Source: Eledone cirrhosa (lineage: Eukaryota). Taken from it: a stretch of DNA of 64,000 nucleotides. Below, in pieces: positions 24,201 to 37,800 of this stretch (the stretch's first letter is position 1; each line of letters opens with the position of its first letter). The translations under genes and the position numbers were made by a program. The stretch lies in contig OZ024740.1 in assembly GCA_964016885.1 (NCBI GenBank), positions 12,648,001 to 12,712,000 of the forward strand, given 5' to 3'. Under the pieces are notes generated by a model. The model was not told where the DNA came from. It saw only the letters and a list, made by a program, of their open reading frames with translations, and made no database searches.

Positions 24201-26390
24201 GTCTCTAGTCTAATGTCTTGTCTCTAGTCTAATATCTTGTCTCTAGTCTAATGTCTCTAGTCTAATGTCTTGTCTCTAGTCTAATGTCTCTAGTCTAATG
24301 TCTTGTCTCTAGTCTAACGTCTTGTCTCTAGTCTAATGTCTCTAGTGTAATGTCTTGTCTCTAGTCTAATGTCTTGTCTCTAGTCTAACGTCTTGTCTCT
24401 AGTCTAATGTCTCTAGTCTAATATCTTGTCTCTAGTCTAATGTCTCTAGTCTAATGTCTCTAGTCTAATATCTTGTCACTAGTCTAATGTCTCTAGTCTA
24501 ATATCTTGTCTCTAGTCTAACGTCTTGTCTCTAGTCTAATGTCTCTAGTCTAATGTCTTGTCTCTAGTCTAATGTCTTGTCTCTAGTCTAATGTCTCCAG
24601 TCTAATGTCTTGTCTCTAGTCTAATATCTTGTCTCTAGTCTAATGTCTTGTCTCTAGTCTAATGTCTCTAGTCTAATGTCTTGTTTCTAGTCTAATGTCT
24701 CTAGTCTAATGTCTTGTCTCTAGTCTAATAGCTTGTCTCTAGTCTAATGTCTTGTCTCTAGTCTAATGTCTCTAGTCTAATGTCTTGTCTCTAGTCTAAT
24801 ATCTTGTCTCTAGTCGAATGTCTTGTCTCTAGTCTAATGTCTCTAGTCTAATGTCTTGTTTCTAGTCTAATGTCTCTAGTCTAATGTCTTGTCTCTAGTC
24901 TAATATCTTGTCTCTAGTCTAATGTCTCTAGTCTAATGTCTCTAGTCTAATGTCTTGTCTCTAGTCTAATGTCTTGTCTCTAGTCTAATATCTTGTCTCT
25001 AGTCTAATGTCTCTAGTCTAATGTCTTGTCTCTAGTCTAATATCTTGTCTCTAGTCTAATGTCTCTAGTCTAATGTCTTTGTCTCTTGTCTAATGTCTCT
25101 AGTCTAATGTCTTGTCTCTAGTCTAATGTCTCTACTCTAATGTCTTATCTCTAGTCTAATATCTTGTCTCTAGTCTAATGTCTCTAGTCTAATGTCTTGT
25201 CTCTAGTCTAATGTCTCTAGTCTAATGTCTTATCTCTAGTCTATTGTCTTGTCTCTAGTCTAATGTCTCTAGTCTAATATCTTGTCTCTAGTCTAATGTC
25301 TCTAGACTAATGTCTTGTCTCTAGTCTAATGTCTCTAGTCTAATGTCTTGTCTCTAGTCTAATGTCTCTAGTCTAATGTCTTGTCTCTAGTCTAATATCT
25401 TGTCTCTAGTCTAATGTCTCTAGTCTAATATCTCGTCTCTAGTCTAATGTCTCTAGTCTATTGTCTTGTTTCTAGTCTAATATCTTGTCTCTAGTCTAAT
25501 GTCTCTAGTCTAATGTCTTGTCTCTAGTCTAACGTCTTGTCTTTAGTCTAATGTCTCTAGTCTAATGTCTCTAATCTAATGTCTTGTCTCTAGTCTAATG
25601 TCTCTAGTCTAATGTCTTGTCTCTAGTCTAATATCTTGTCTCTAGTCTAATGTCTTGTCTCTAGTCTAATGTCTCTAGTCTAATGTCTTGTCTCTAGTCT
25701 AACGTCTTGTCTCTAGTCTAATGTCTCTAGTGTAATGTCTTGTCTCTAGTCTAATGTCTTGTCTCTAGTCTAACGTCTGGTCTCTAGTCTAATGTCTCTA
25801 GTCTTATATCTTGTCTCTAGTCTAATGTCTCTAGTCTAATGTCTCTAGTCTAATATCTTGTCACTAGTCTAATGTCTCTAGTCTAATATCTTGTCTCTAG
25901 TCTAACGTCTTGTCTCTAGTCTAATGTCTCTAGTCTAATGTCTCTAGTCTAATATCTTGTCACTAGTCTAATGTCTCTAGTCTAATGTCTTGTCTCTAGT
26001 CTAATGTCTTGTCTCTAGTCTAATGTCTCCAGTCTAATGTCTTGTCTCTAGTCTAATATCTTGTCTCTAGTCTAATGTCTTGTCTCTAGTCTAATGTCTC
26101 TAGTCTAATGTCTTGTTTCTAGTCTAATGTCTCTAGTCTAATGTCTTGTCTCTAGTCTAATAGCTTGTCTCTAGTCTAATGTCTTGTCTCTAGTCTAATG
26201 TCTCTAGTCTAATGTCTTGTCTCTAGTCTAATATCTTGTCTCTAGTCGAATGTCTTGTCTCTAGTCTAATGTCACTCGTCTAATGTCTTGTTTCTAGTCT
26301 AATGTCTCTAGTCTAATGTCTTGTCTCTAGTCTAATATCTTGTCTCTAGTCAAATGTCTCTAGTCTAATGTCTTGTCTCTAGTCTAATGT
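18570..26390. repeat. Tandem segmental duplication, period 3710 bp
   Basis: At +3710: CTTCTCTCTAGTTTAA 19141/22851, GAATT 19361/23071, GCCTTG 19611/23321, ATGTCTCCAG 20881/24591, TAATGTCTCC 22311/26021. A few copy-specific SNPs are present. Confidence 0.92.
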
Positions 26391-28899
26391 CTCTAGTCTA
26401 ATGTCTTGTCTCTAGTCTAATGTCTCTAGTCTAATGTCTTGTCTCTAGTCTAATATCTTGTCTCTAGTCTAATGTCTCTAGTCTAATGTCTCTAGTCTAA
26501 TGTCTTGTCTCTAGTCTAATATCTTGTCTCTAGTCTAATGTCTCTAGTCTAATGTCTTGTCTCTAGTCTAATGTCTCTAGTCTAATGTCTTGTCTCTAGT
26601 CTAATGTCTCTAGTCTAATGTCTTGTCTCTAGTCTAATATCTTGTCTATAGTCTAATGTCTCTAGTCTAATGTCTTTTTCTCTAGTCTAATGTCTCTAGT
26701 CTAATGTCTTGTCTCTAGTCTAATGTCTTGTCTCTAGTCTAATGTCTCTCGTCTAATATCTTGTCTCTAGTCTAATGTCTCTAGTCTAATGTCTTGTCTC
26801 TAGTCTAATATCTTGTCTCTAGTCTAATGTCTTGTCTCTAGTCTAATATCTTGTCTCTAGTCTAATGTCTCTAGTCTAATGTCTTGTCTCTAGTCTAATG
26901 TCTCTAGTCTAATGTCTTGTCTCTAGTCTAATGTCTCTAGTCTAATGTCTTGTCTCTAGTCTAATATCTTGTCTCTAGTCTAATGTCTCTAGTCTAATGT
27001 CTTGTCTCTAGTCTAATGTCTCTAGTCTAATGTCTTGTCTCTAGTCTAATGTCTCTAGTCTAATGTCTCTAGTCTAATGTCTAATGTCTCTAGTCTAATG
27101 TCTTGTCTCTAGTCTAATATCTCGTCTCTAGTCTAATGTCTCTAGTCTAATGTCTTGTCTCTAGTCTAATGTCTTGTCTCTAGTCTAATGTCTTGTCTCT
27201 AGTCTAATGTCTCTCGTCTAATATCTTGTCTCTAGTCTAATGTCTCTAGTCTAATGTCTTGTGTCTAGTCTAATATCTTGTCTCTAGTCTAATGTCTTGT
27301 CTCTAGTCTAATATCTTGTCTCTAGTCTAATGTCTCTAGTCTAATGTCTTGTCTCTAGTCTAATGTCTCTAGTCTAATGTCTTGTCTCTAGTCTAATGTC
27401 TCTAGTCTAATGTCTTGTCTCTAGTCTAATATCTTGTCTCTAGTCTAATGTCTCTAGTCTAATGTCTTGTCTCTAGTCTAATATCTTGTCTCTGGTCTAA
27501 TGTCTCTAGTCTAATGTCTTGTCTCTAGTCTAATGTCTCTAGTCTAATATCTTGTCTCTAGTCTAATGTCTCTAGTCTAATGTCTTGTCTCTAGTCTAAT
27601 ATCTTGTCTCTAGTCTGATGTCTCTAGTCTAATGTCTTGTCTCTAGTCTAATGTCTTGTCTCTAGTCTAATGTCTCTAGTCTAATGTCTTGTCTCTACTC
27701 TAACGTCTTGTCTCTAGTCTAATGTCTCTAGTCTAATGTCGCTAGTGTAATGTCTTGTCTCTAGTCTAATGTCTTGTCTCTAATCTAATGTCTTGTCTCT
27801 AGTCTAATGTCTCTAGTCTAATGTCTTGTCTCTAGTCTAATATCTTGTCTCTAGTCTAATGTCTTGTCTCTAGTCTAATGTCTCTAGTCTAATGCCTTGT
27901 TTCTAGTCTAATGTCTCTAGTCTAATGTCTTGTCTCTAGTCTAATATCTTGTCTCTAGTCTAATGTCTTGTCTCTAGTCTAATGTCTCTAGTCTAATGTC
28001 TTGTCTCTAGTCTAACGTCGTGTCTCTAGTCTAATGTCTCTAGTGTAATGTCTTGTCTCTAGTCTAATGTCTTGTCTCTAGTCTAACGTCTTGTCTCTAG
28101 TCTAATGTCTCTAGTCTAATATCTTGTCTCTAGTCTAATGTCTCTAGTCTAATATCTTGTCACTAGTCTAATGTCTCTAGTCTAATATATTGTCTCTAGT
28201 CTAACGTCTTGTATCTAGTCTAATGTCTCTAGTGTAATATCTTGTCTCTAGTCTAATGTCTCTAGTCTAATATCTTGTCACTAGTCTAATGTCTCTAGTC
28301 TAATGTCTTGTCTCTAGTCTAATGTCTTGTCTCTAGTCTAATGTCTTGTCTCTAGGCTAATGTCTCTAGTCTAATGTCTTGTCTCTAGTTTAATGTCTCT
28401 AGTCTAATGTCTCTAGTCTAATGTCTTGTTTCTAGTCTAATGTCTCTAGTCTAATGTCTCTAGTCCAATGTCTTGTCTCTAGTCTAATGTCTCTAGTCTA
28501 ATGTCTTGTCTCTAGTCTAATATCTTGTCTCTAGTCTAATGTCTCTAGTCTAATGTCTTGTCTCTTATCTAATATCTTGTCTCTAGTCTAATGTCTCTAG
28601 TCTAATGTCTTGTCTCTAGTCTAATATCTTGTCTCTAGTCTAATGTCTCTAGTCTAATGTCTTGTGTCTAGTCTAGTGTCTTGTCTCTAGTCTAATGCCT
28701 CTAGTCTAATGTCTTGTCTCTAGTCTAACGTCTTGTCTCTAGTCTAATGTCTCTAGTCTAATGTCTTGTCTCTAGTCTAACGTCTCTAGTCTAATGTCTT
28801 GTCTCTAGTCTAATGTCTTGTCTCTAGTCTAATATCTTGTCTCTAGTCTAATGTCTTGTCTCTAGTCTAATGTCTCTAGTCTAATGTCTTGTCTATATT

Positions 28900-31800
28900 C
28901 TAATGTCTTGTCTCTAGTCTAATGTCTTGTCTCTAGTCTAATATCTTGTCTCTAGTCTAATGTCTTGTCTCTAGTCTAATGTCTCTAGTCTAATGTCTTG
29001 TCTCTAGTCTAATGTCTGTTCTCTAGTCTAATATCTTGTCTCTAGTCTAATGAATTGTCTCTAGTCTAATGTCTCTAGTCTAATGTCTTGTCTCTAGTCT
29101 AATGTCTTGTCTCTAGTCTAATGTCTCTAGTCTAATGTCTCTAGTCTAATGTCTTGTCTCTGGTCTAATGTCTTGTCTCTAGTCTAATGTCTCTAGTCTA
29201 ATGTTTCTAGTCTAATGTCTCTAGTCTAATGTCTTGTCTCTAGTCTAATATCTTGTCTCTAGCCTAATGTCTTGTCTCTAGTCTAATGTCTCTAGTCTAA
29301 TGTCTTGTCTCTAGTCTAATGTCTCTAGTCTAATGTCTTGTCTCTAGTCTAATGTCTCTAGTCTAATGTCTTGTTTCTAGTCTAATGTCTCTAGTCTAAT
29401 GTCTTGTCTCTAGTCTAATATCTTGTCTCTAGTCTAATGTCTTGTCTCTAGTCTAATGTCTCTAGTCTAATGTCTTGTCTCTAGTCTAATATCTTGTCTC
29501 TAGTCTAATGTCTTGTCTCTAGTCTAATGTCTCTAGTGTAATGTCTTGTTTCTAGTCTAATGTCTCTAGTCTAATGTCTTGTCTCTAGTCTAATATCTTG
29601 TCTCTAGTCAAATGTCTCTAGTCTAATGTCTTTGTTTCTAGTCTAATGTCTCTAGTCTAATGTCTTGTCTCTAGTCTAATGTCTCTACTCTAATGTCTTG
29701 TTTCTAGTCTAATATCTTGTCTCTAGTCTAATGTCTCTAGTCTAATGTCTTGTCTCTAGTCTAATGTCTCTAGTCTAATGTCTTATCTCTAGTCTAATGT
29801 CTTGTCTCTAGTCTAATGTCTCTAGTCTAATATCTTCTCTCTAGTCTAATGTCTCTAGACTAATGTCTTGTCTCTAGTCTAATGTCTCTAGTCTAATGTC
29901 TTGTCTCTAGTCTAATGTCTCTAGTCTAATGTCTTGTCTCTAGTCTAACATCTCGTCTCTAGTCTAATGTCTCTAGTCTAATATCTTGTCTTTAGTCTAA
30001 TGACTCTAGTCTAATGTCTTGTCTCTAGTCTAATATCTTGTCTCTAGTCTAATGTCTCTAGTCTAATGTCTTGTCTCTAGTCTAATGTCTCTAGTCTAAT
30101 GTCTTGTCTCTAGTCTAACGTCTTGTCTTTAGTCTAATGTCTCTAGTCTAATGTCTCTAGTGTAACGTCTTGTCTCTAGTCTAATGTCTTGTCTCTAATC
30201 TAATGTCTTGTCTCTAGTCTAATGTCTTGTCTCTAGTCTAATGTCTTGTCTCTAGTCTAATATCTTGTCTCTAGTCTAATGTCTTGTCTCTAGTCTAATG
30301 TCTTGTCTCTAGTCTAATGTCTCTAGTCTAATATCTTGTCTCTAGTCTAATGTCTCTAGTCTAATGTCTTGTCCCTAGTCTAATGTCTCTAGTCTAATAT
30401 CTTGTATCTAGTCTAATGTCTCTAGTCTAATGTCTTGTCTCTAGTCTAATATCTTGTCTCTAGTCTAATGTCTCTAGTCTAATGTCTTGTCTCTAGTCTA
30501 ATGTCTTGTCTCTAGTCTAATGTCTCTAGTCTAATGTCTTGTCTCTAGTCTAACGTCTTGTCTCTAGTCTAATGTCTCTAGTCTAATGTCTCTAGTGTAA
30601 TGTCTTGTCTCTAGTCTAATGTCTTGTCTCCAATCTAATGTCTTGTCTCTAGTCTAATGTCTCTAGTCTAATGTTTTGTCTCTAATCTAATGTCTTGTCT
30701 CTAGTCTAATGTCTCTAGTCTAATGTCTTGTCTCTAGTCTAATATCTTGTCTCTAGTCTAATGTCTTGTCTCTAGTCTAATATCTCTAGTCTAATGTCTT
30801 GTTTCTAGTCTAATGTCTCTAGTCTAATGTCTTGTCTCTAGTCTAATATCTTGTCTCTAGTCTAATGTCTTGTCTCTAGTCTAATGTCTCTAGTCTAATG
30901 TCTTGTCTCTAGTCTAACGTCTTGTCTCTAGTCTAATGTCTCTAGTGTAATGTCTTGTCTCTAGTCTAATGTCTTGTCTCTAGTCTAACGTCTTGTCTCT
31001 AGTCTAATGTCTCTAGTCTAATATCTTGTCTCTAGTCTAATGTCTCTAGTCTAATATCTTGTCACTAGTCTAATGTCTCTAGTCTAATATCTTGTCTCTA
31101 GTCTAATGTCTCTAGTCTAATGTCTTGTCTCTAGTCTAATATCTTGTCTCTAGTCTAATGTCTTGTCTCTAGTCTAATATCTTGTCTCTAGTCTAATGTC
31201 TCTAGTCTAATGTCTTGTCTCTAGTCTAATGTCTCTAGTCTAATGTCTTGTCTCTAGTCTAATGTCTCTAGTCTAATGTCTTGTCTCTAGTCTAATATCT
31301 TGTCTCTAGTCTAATGTCTCTAGTCTAATGTCTTGTCTCTAGTCTAATATCTTGTCTCTGGTCTAATGTCTCTAGTCTAATGTCTTGTCTCTAGTCTAAT
31401 GTCTCTAGTCTAATATCTTGTCTCTAGTCTAATGTCTCTAGTCTAATGTCTCTAGTCTAATGTCTTGTCTCTAGTCTAATGTCTCTAGTCTAATGTCTTG
31501 TCTCTAGTCTAATATCTCGTCTCTAGTCTAATGTCTCTAGTCTAATGTCTTGTCTCTAGTCTAATATCTTGTCTCTAGTCTAATGTCTCTAGTCTAATGT
31601 CTTGTCTCTAGTCTAATATCTTGTCTCTAGTCTGATGTCTCTAGTCTAATGTCTTGTCTCTAGTCTAATGTCTTGTCTCTAGTCTAATGTCTCTAGTCTA
31701 ATGTCTTGTCTCTACTCTAACGTCTTGTCTCTAGTCTAATGTCTCTAGTCTAATGTCTCTAGTGTAATGTCTTGTCTCTAGTCTAATGTCTTGTCTCTAA

Positions 31801-34800
31801 TCTAATGTCTTGTCTCTAGTCTAATGTCTCTAGTCTAATGTCTTGTCTCTAGTCTAATATCTTGTCTCTAGTCTAATGTCTTGTCTCTAGTCTAATGTCT
31901 CTAGTCTAATGTCTTGTTTCTAGTCTAATGTCTCTAGTCTAATGTCTTGTCTCTAGTCTAATATCTTGTCTCTAGTCTAATGTCTTGTCTCTAGTCTAAT
32001 GTCTCTAGTCTAATGTCTTGTCTCTAGTCTAACGTCTTGTCTCTAGTCTAATGTCTCTAGTGTAATGTCTTGTCTCTAGTCTAATGTCTTGTCTCTAGTC
32101 TAACGTCTTGTCTCTAGTCTAATGTCTCTAGTCTAATATCTTGTCTCTAGTCTAATGTCTCTAGTCTAATATCTTGTCACTAGTCTAATGTCTCTAGTCT
32201 AATATATTGTCTCTAGTCTAATGTCTTGTCTCTAGTCTAATGTCTTGTCTCTAGTCAAATGTCTCTAGTCTAATGTCTTGTCTCTAGTCTAATATCTTGT
32301 CTCTAGTCTAATGTCTTGTCTCTAGTCTAATGTCTCTAGTCTAATGTCTTGTTTCTAGTCTAATGTCTCTAGTCTAATGTCTTGTCTCTAGTCTAATGTC
32401 TCTAGTCTAATGTCTTGTCTCTAGTCTAATATCTTGTCTCTAGTCTAATGTCTTGTCTCTAGTCTAATGTCTCTAGTCTAATGTCTTGTTTCTAGTCTAA
32501 TGTCTCTAGTCTAATGTCTTGTCTCTAGTCTAATATCTTGTCTCTCGTCTAATGTCTCTAGTCTAATGTCTTGTCTCTAGTCTAATGTCTTGTCTCTAGT
32601 CTAATATCTTGTCTCTAGTCTAATGTCTGTAGTCTAATGTCTTGTCTCTAGTCTAATATCTTGTCTCTAGTCTAATGTCTCTAGTCTAATGTCTTTGTCT
32701 CTAGTCTAATGTCTCTAGTCTAATGTCTTGTCTCTAGTCTAATGTCTCTACTCTAATGTCTTGTCTCTAGTCTAATATCTTGTCTCTAGTATAATGTCTC
32801 TAGTCTAATGTCTTGTCTCTAGTCTAATGTCTCTAGTCTAATGTCTTATCTCTAGTCTAATGTCTTGTCTCTAGTCTAATGTCTCTAGTCTAATATCTTG
32901 TCTCTAGTCTAATGTCTCTAGACTAATGTCTTGTCTCTAGTCTAATGTCTCTAGTCTAATGTCTTGTCTCTAGTCTAATGTCTCTAGTCTAATGTCTTGT
33001 CTCTAGTTTAATATCTCGTCTCTAGTCTAATGTCTCTAGTCTAATGTCTTGTCTCTAGTCTAATATCTTGTCTCTAGTCTAATGTCTCTAGTCTAATGTC
33101 TTGTCTCTAGTCTAATATATTGTCTCTAGTCTAATGTCTCTAGTCTAATGTCTTGTCTCTAGTCTAATGTCTTGTCTCTAGTCTAATGTCTCTAGTCTAA
33201 TGTCTTGTCTCTAGTGTAACGTCTTGTTTTAGTCTAATGTCTCTAGTCTAATGTCTCTAGTGTAATGTCTTGTCTCTAGTCTAATGTCTTGTCTCTAATC
33301 TAATGTCTTGTCTCTAGTCTAATGTCTCTAGTCTAATGTCTTGTCTCTAGTCTAATATCTTGTCTCTAGTCTAATGTCTTGTCTCTAGTCTAATGTCTCT
33401 AGTCTAATGTCTTGTTTCTAGTCTAATGTCTCTAGTCTAATGTCTTGTCTCTAGTCTAATATCTTGTCTCTAGTCTAATGTCTTGTCTCTAGTCTAATGT
33501 CTCTAGTCTAATGTCTTGTCTCTAGTCTAACGTCTTGTCTATAGTCTAACGTCTCTAGTGTAATGTCTTGTCTCTAGTCTAATGTCTTGTCTCTAGTCTA
33601 ACGTCTTGTCTCTAGTCTAATGTCTCTAGTCTAATATCTTGTCTCTAGTCTAATGTCTCTAGTCTAATATCTTGTCACTAGTCTAATGTCTCTAGTCTAA
33701 TATCTTGTCTCTAGTCTAACGTCTTGTCTCTAGTCTAATGTCTCTAGTCTAATATCTTGTCTCTAGTCTAATGTCTCTAGTCTAATATCTTGTCACTAGT
33801 CTAATGTCTCTAGTCTAATGTCTTGTCTCTAGTCTAATGTCTTGTCTCTTGTCTAATATCTTGTCTCTAGTCTAATGTCTTGTCTCTAGTCTAATGTCTC
33901 TAGTCTAATGTCTTGTTTCTAGTCTAATGTCTCTAGTCTAATGTCTTGTCTCTAGTCTAATAGCTTGTCTCTAGTCTAATGTCTTGTCTCTAGTCTAATG
34001 TCTCTAGTCTAATGTCTTGTCTCTAGTCTAATATCTTGTCTCTAGTCTAATGTCTTGTCTCTAGTCTAATATCTTGTCTCTAGTCAAATGTCTCTAGTCT
34101 AATGTCTTGTCTCTAGTCTAATGTCTCTAGTCTAATGTCTTGTCTCTAGTCTAATATCTTGTCTCTAGTCTAATGTCTCTAGTCTAATGTCTTGTCTCTA
34201 GTCTAATATCTTGTCTCTAGTCTAATGTCTCTAGTCTAATGTCTTGTCTCTAGTCTAATGTCTCTAGTCTAATGTCTTGTCTCTAGTCTAATGTCTCTAG
34301 TCTAATGTCTTGTATCTAGTCTAATGTCTCTAGTCTAATGTCTTGTCTCTAGTCTAATATCTCGTCTCTAGTCTAATGTCTCTAGTCTAATGTCTTGTCT
34401 CTAGTCTAATATCTTGTCTCTAGTCTAATGTCTCTAGTCTAATGTCTTGTCTCTAGTCTAATATCTTGTCTCTAGTCTAATGTCTCTAGTCTAATGTCTT
34501 GTCTCTAGTCTAATGTCTTGTCTCTAGTCTAATGTCTCTAGTCTAATGTCTTGTCTCTAGTCTAACGTCTTGTCTCTAGTCTAATGTCTCTAGTCTAATG
34601 TCTCTAGTGTAATGTCTTGTCTCTAGTCTAATGTCTTGTCTCTAATCTAATGTCTTGTCTCTAGTCTAATGTCTCTAGTCTAATGTCTTGTCTCTAATCT
34701 AATGTCTTGTCTCTAGTCTAACGTCTCTAGTCTAATGTCTTGTCTCTAGTCTAATATCTTGTCTCTAGTCTAATGTCTTGTCTCTAGTCTAATGTCTCTA

Positions 34801-37800
34801 GTCTAATGTCTTGTTTCTAGTCTAATGTCTCTAGTCTAATGTCTTGTCTCTAGTCTAACGTCGTGTCTCTAGTCTAATGTCTCTAGTGTAATGTCTTGTC
34901 TCTAGTCTAATGTCTTGTCTCTAGTCTAACGTCTTGTCTCTAGTCTAATGTCTCTAGTCTAATATCTTGTCTCTAGTCTAATGTCTCTAGTCTAATATCT
35001 TGTCACTAGTCTAATGTCTCTAGTCTAATATATTGTCTCTAGTCTAACGTCTTGTATCTAGTCTAATGTCTCTAGTGTAATATCTTGTCTCTAGTCTAAT
35101 GTCTCTAGGCTAATATCTTGTCACTAGTCTAATGTCTCTAGTCTAATGTCTTGTCTCTAGTCTAATGTCTTGTCTCTAGTCTAATGTCTTGTCTCTAGTC
35201 AAATGTCTCTAGTCTAATGTCTTGTCTCTAGTCTAACGTCTTGTCTCTAGTCTAATGTCTCTGGTCTAATGTCTCTAGTGTAATGTCTTGTCTCTAGTCT
35301 AATGTCTTGTCTCTAGTCTAATGTCTTGTCTCTAGTCTAATGTCTTGTCTCTAGTCTAATGTCTTGTCTCTAGTCTAATGTCTTGTCTCTAGGCTAATGT
35401 CTCTAGTCTAATGTCTTGTCTCTAGTCTAATATCTTGTCTCTAGTCTAATGTCTTGTCTCTAGTCTAATGTCTCTAGTCTAATGTCTCTAGTCTAATGTC
35501 TTGTCTCTAGTCTAATATCTTGTCTCTAGTCTAATGTCTTGTCTCTAGTCTAATGTCTCTAGTCTAATGTCTTGTCTCTAGTCTAATGTCTGTTCTCTAG
35601 TCTAATATCTTGTCTCTAGTCTAATGAATTGTCTCTAGTCTAATGTCTCTAGTCTAATGTCTTGTCTCTAGTCTAATGTCTCTAGTCTAATGTCTCTAGT
35701 CTAATGTCTTGTCTCTGGTCTAATGTCTTGTCTCTAGTCTAATGTCTCTAGTCTAATGTTTCTAGTCTAATGTCTCTAGTCTAATGTCTTGTCTCTAGTC
35801 TAATATCTTGTCTCTAGCCTAATGTCTTGTCTCTAGTCTAATGTCTCTAGTCTAATGTCTTGTCTCTAGTCTAATGTCTCTAGTCTAATGTCTTGTCTCT
35901 AGTCTAATGTCTCTAGTCTAATGTCTTGTTTCTAGTCTAATGTCTCTAGTCTAATGTCTTGTCTCTAGTCTAATATCTTGTCTCTAGTCTAATGTCTTGT
36001 CTCTAGTCTAATGTCTCTAGTCTAATGTCTTGTCTCTAGTCTAATATCTTGTCTCTAGTCTAATGTCTTGTCTCTAGTCTAATGTCTCTAGTGTAATGTC
36101 TTGTTTCTAGTCTAATGTCTCTAGTCTAATGTCTTGTCTCTAGTCTAATATCTTGTCTCTAGTCTAATGTCTCTAGTCTAATGTCTTTGTTTCTAGTCTA
36201 ATGTCTCTAGTCTAATGTCTTGTCTCTAGTCTAATGTCTCTACTCTAATGTCTTGTTTCTAGTCTAATATCTTGTCTCTAGTCTAATGTCTCTAGTCTAA
36301 TGTCTTGTCTCTAGTCTAATGTCTCTAGTCTAATGTCTTATCTCTAGTCTAATGTCTTGTCTCTAGTCTAATGTCTCTAGTCTAATATCTTCTCTCTAGT
36401 CTAATGTCTCTAGACTAATGTCTTGTCTCTAGTCTAATGTCTCTAGTCTAATGTCTTGTCTCTAGTCTAATGTCTCTAGTCTAATGTCTTGTCTCTAGTC
36501 TAACATCTCGTCTCTAGTCTAATGTCTCTAGTCTAATATCTTGTCTCTAGTCTAATGACTCTAGTCTAATGTCTTGTCTCTAGTCTAATATCTTGTCTCT
36601 AGTCTAATGTCTCTAGTCTAATGTCTTGTCTCTAGTCTAATGTCTCTAGTCTAATGTCTTGTCTCTAGTCTAACGTCTTGTCTTTAGTCTAATGTCTCTA
36701 GTCTAATGTCTCTAGTGTAACGTCTTGTCTCTAGTCTAATGTCTTGTCTCTAATCTAATGTCTTGTCTCTAGTCTAATGTCTTGTCTCTAGTCTAATGTC
36801 TTGTCTCTAGTCTAATATCTTGTCTCTAGTCTAATGTCTTGTCTCTAGTCTAATGTCTTGTCTCTAGTCTAATGTCTCTAGTCTAATATCTTGTCTCTAG
36901 TCTAATGTCTCTAGTCTAATGTCTTGTCCCTAGTCTAATGTCTCTAGTCTAATATCTTGTATCTAGTCTAATGTCTCTAGTCTAATGTCTTGTCTCTAGT
37001 CTAATATCTTGTCTCTAGTCTAATGTCTCTAGTCTAATGTCTTGTCTCTAGTCTAATGTCTTGTCTCTAGTCTAATGTCTCTAGTCTAATGTCTTGTCTC
37101 TAGTCTAACGTCTTGTCTCTAGTCTAATGTCTCTAGTCTAATGTCTCTAGTGTAATGTCTTGTCTCTAGTCTAATGTCTTGTCTCCAATCTAATGTCTTG
37201 TCTCTAGTCTAATGTCTCTAGTCTAATGTTTTGTCTCTAATCTAATGTCTTGTCTCTAGTCTAATGTCTCTAGTCTAATGTCTTGTCTCTAGTCTAATAT
37301 CTTGTCTCTAGTCTAATGTCTTGTCTCTAGTCTAATATCTCTAGTCTAATGTCTTGTTTCTAGTCTAATGTCTCTAGTCTAATGTCTTGTCTCTAGTCTA
37401 ATATCTTGTCTCTAGTCTAATGTCTTGTCTCTAGTCTAATGTCTCTAGTCTAATGTCTTGTCTCTAGTCTAACGTCTTGTCTCTAGTCTAATGTCTCTAG
37501 TGTAATGTCTTGTCTCTAGTCTAATGTCTTGTCTCTAGTCTAACGTCTTGTCTCTAGTCTAATGTCTCTAGTCTAATATCTTGTCTCTAGTCTAATGTCT
37601 CTAGTCTAATATCTTGTCACTAGTCTAATGTCTCTAGTCTAATATCTTGTCTCTAGTCTAATGTCTCTAGTCTAATGTCTTGTCTCTAGTCTAATATCTT
37701 GTCTCTAGTCTAATGTCTTGTCTCTAGTCTAATATCTTGTCTCTAGTCTAATGTCTCTAGTCTAATGTCTTGTCTCTAGTCTAATGTCTCTAGTCTAATG

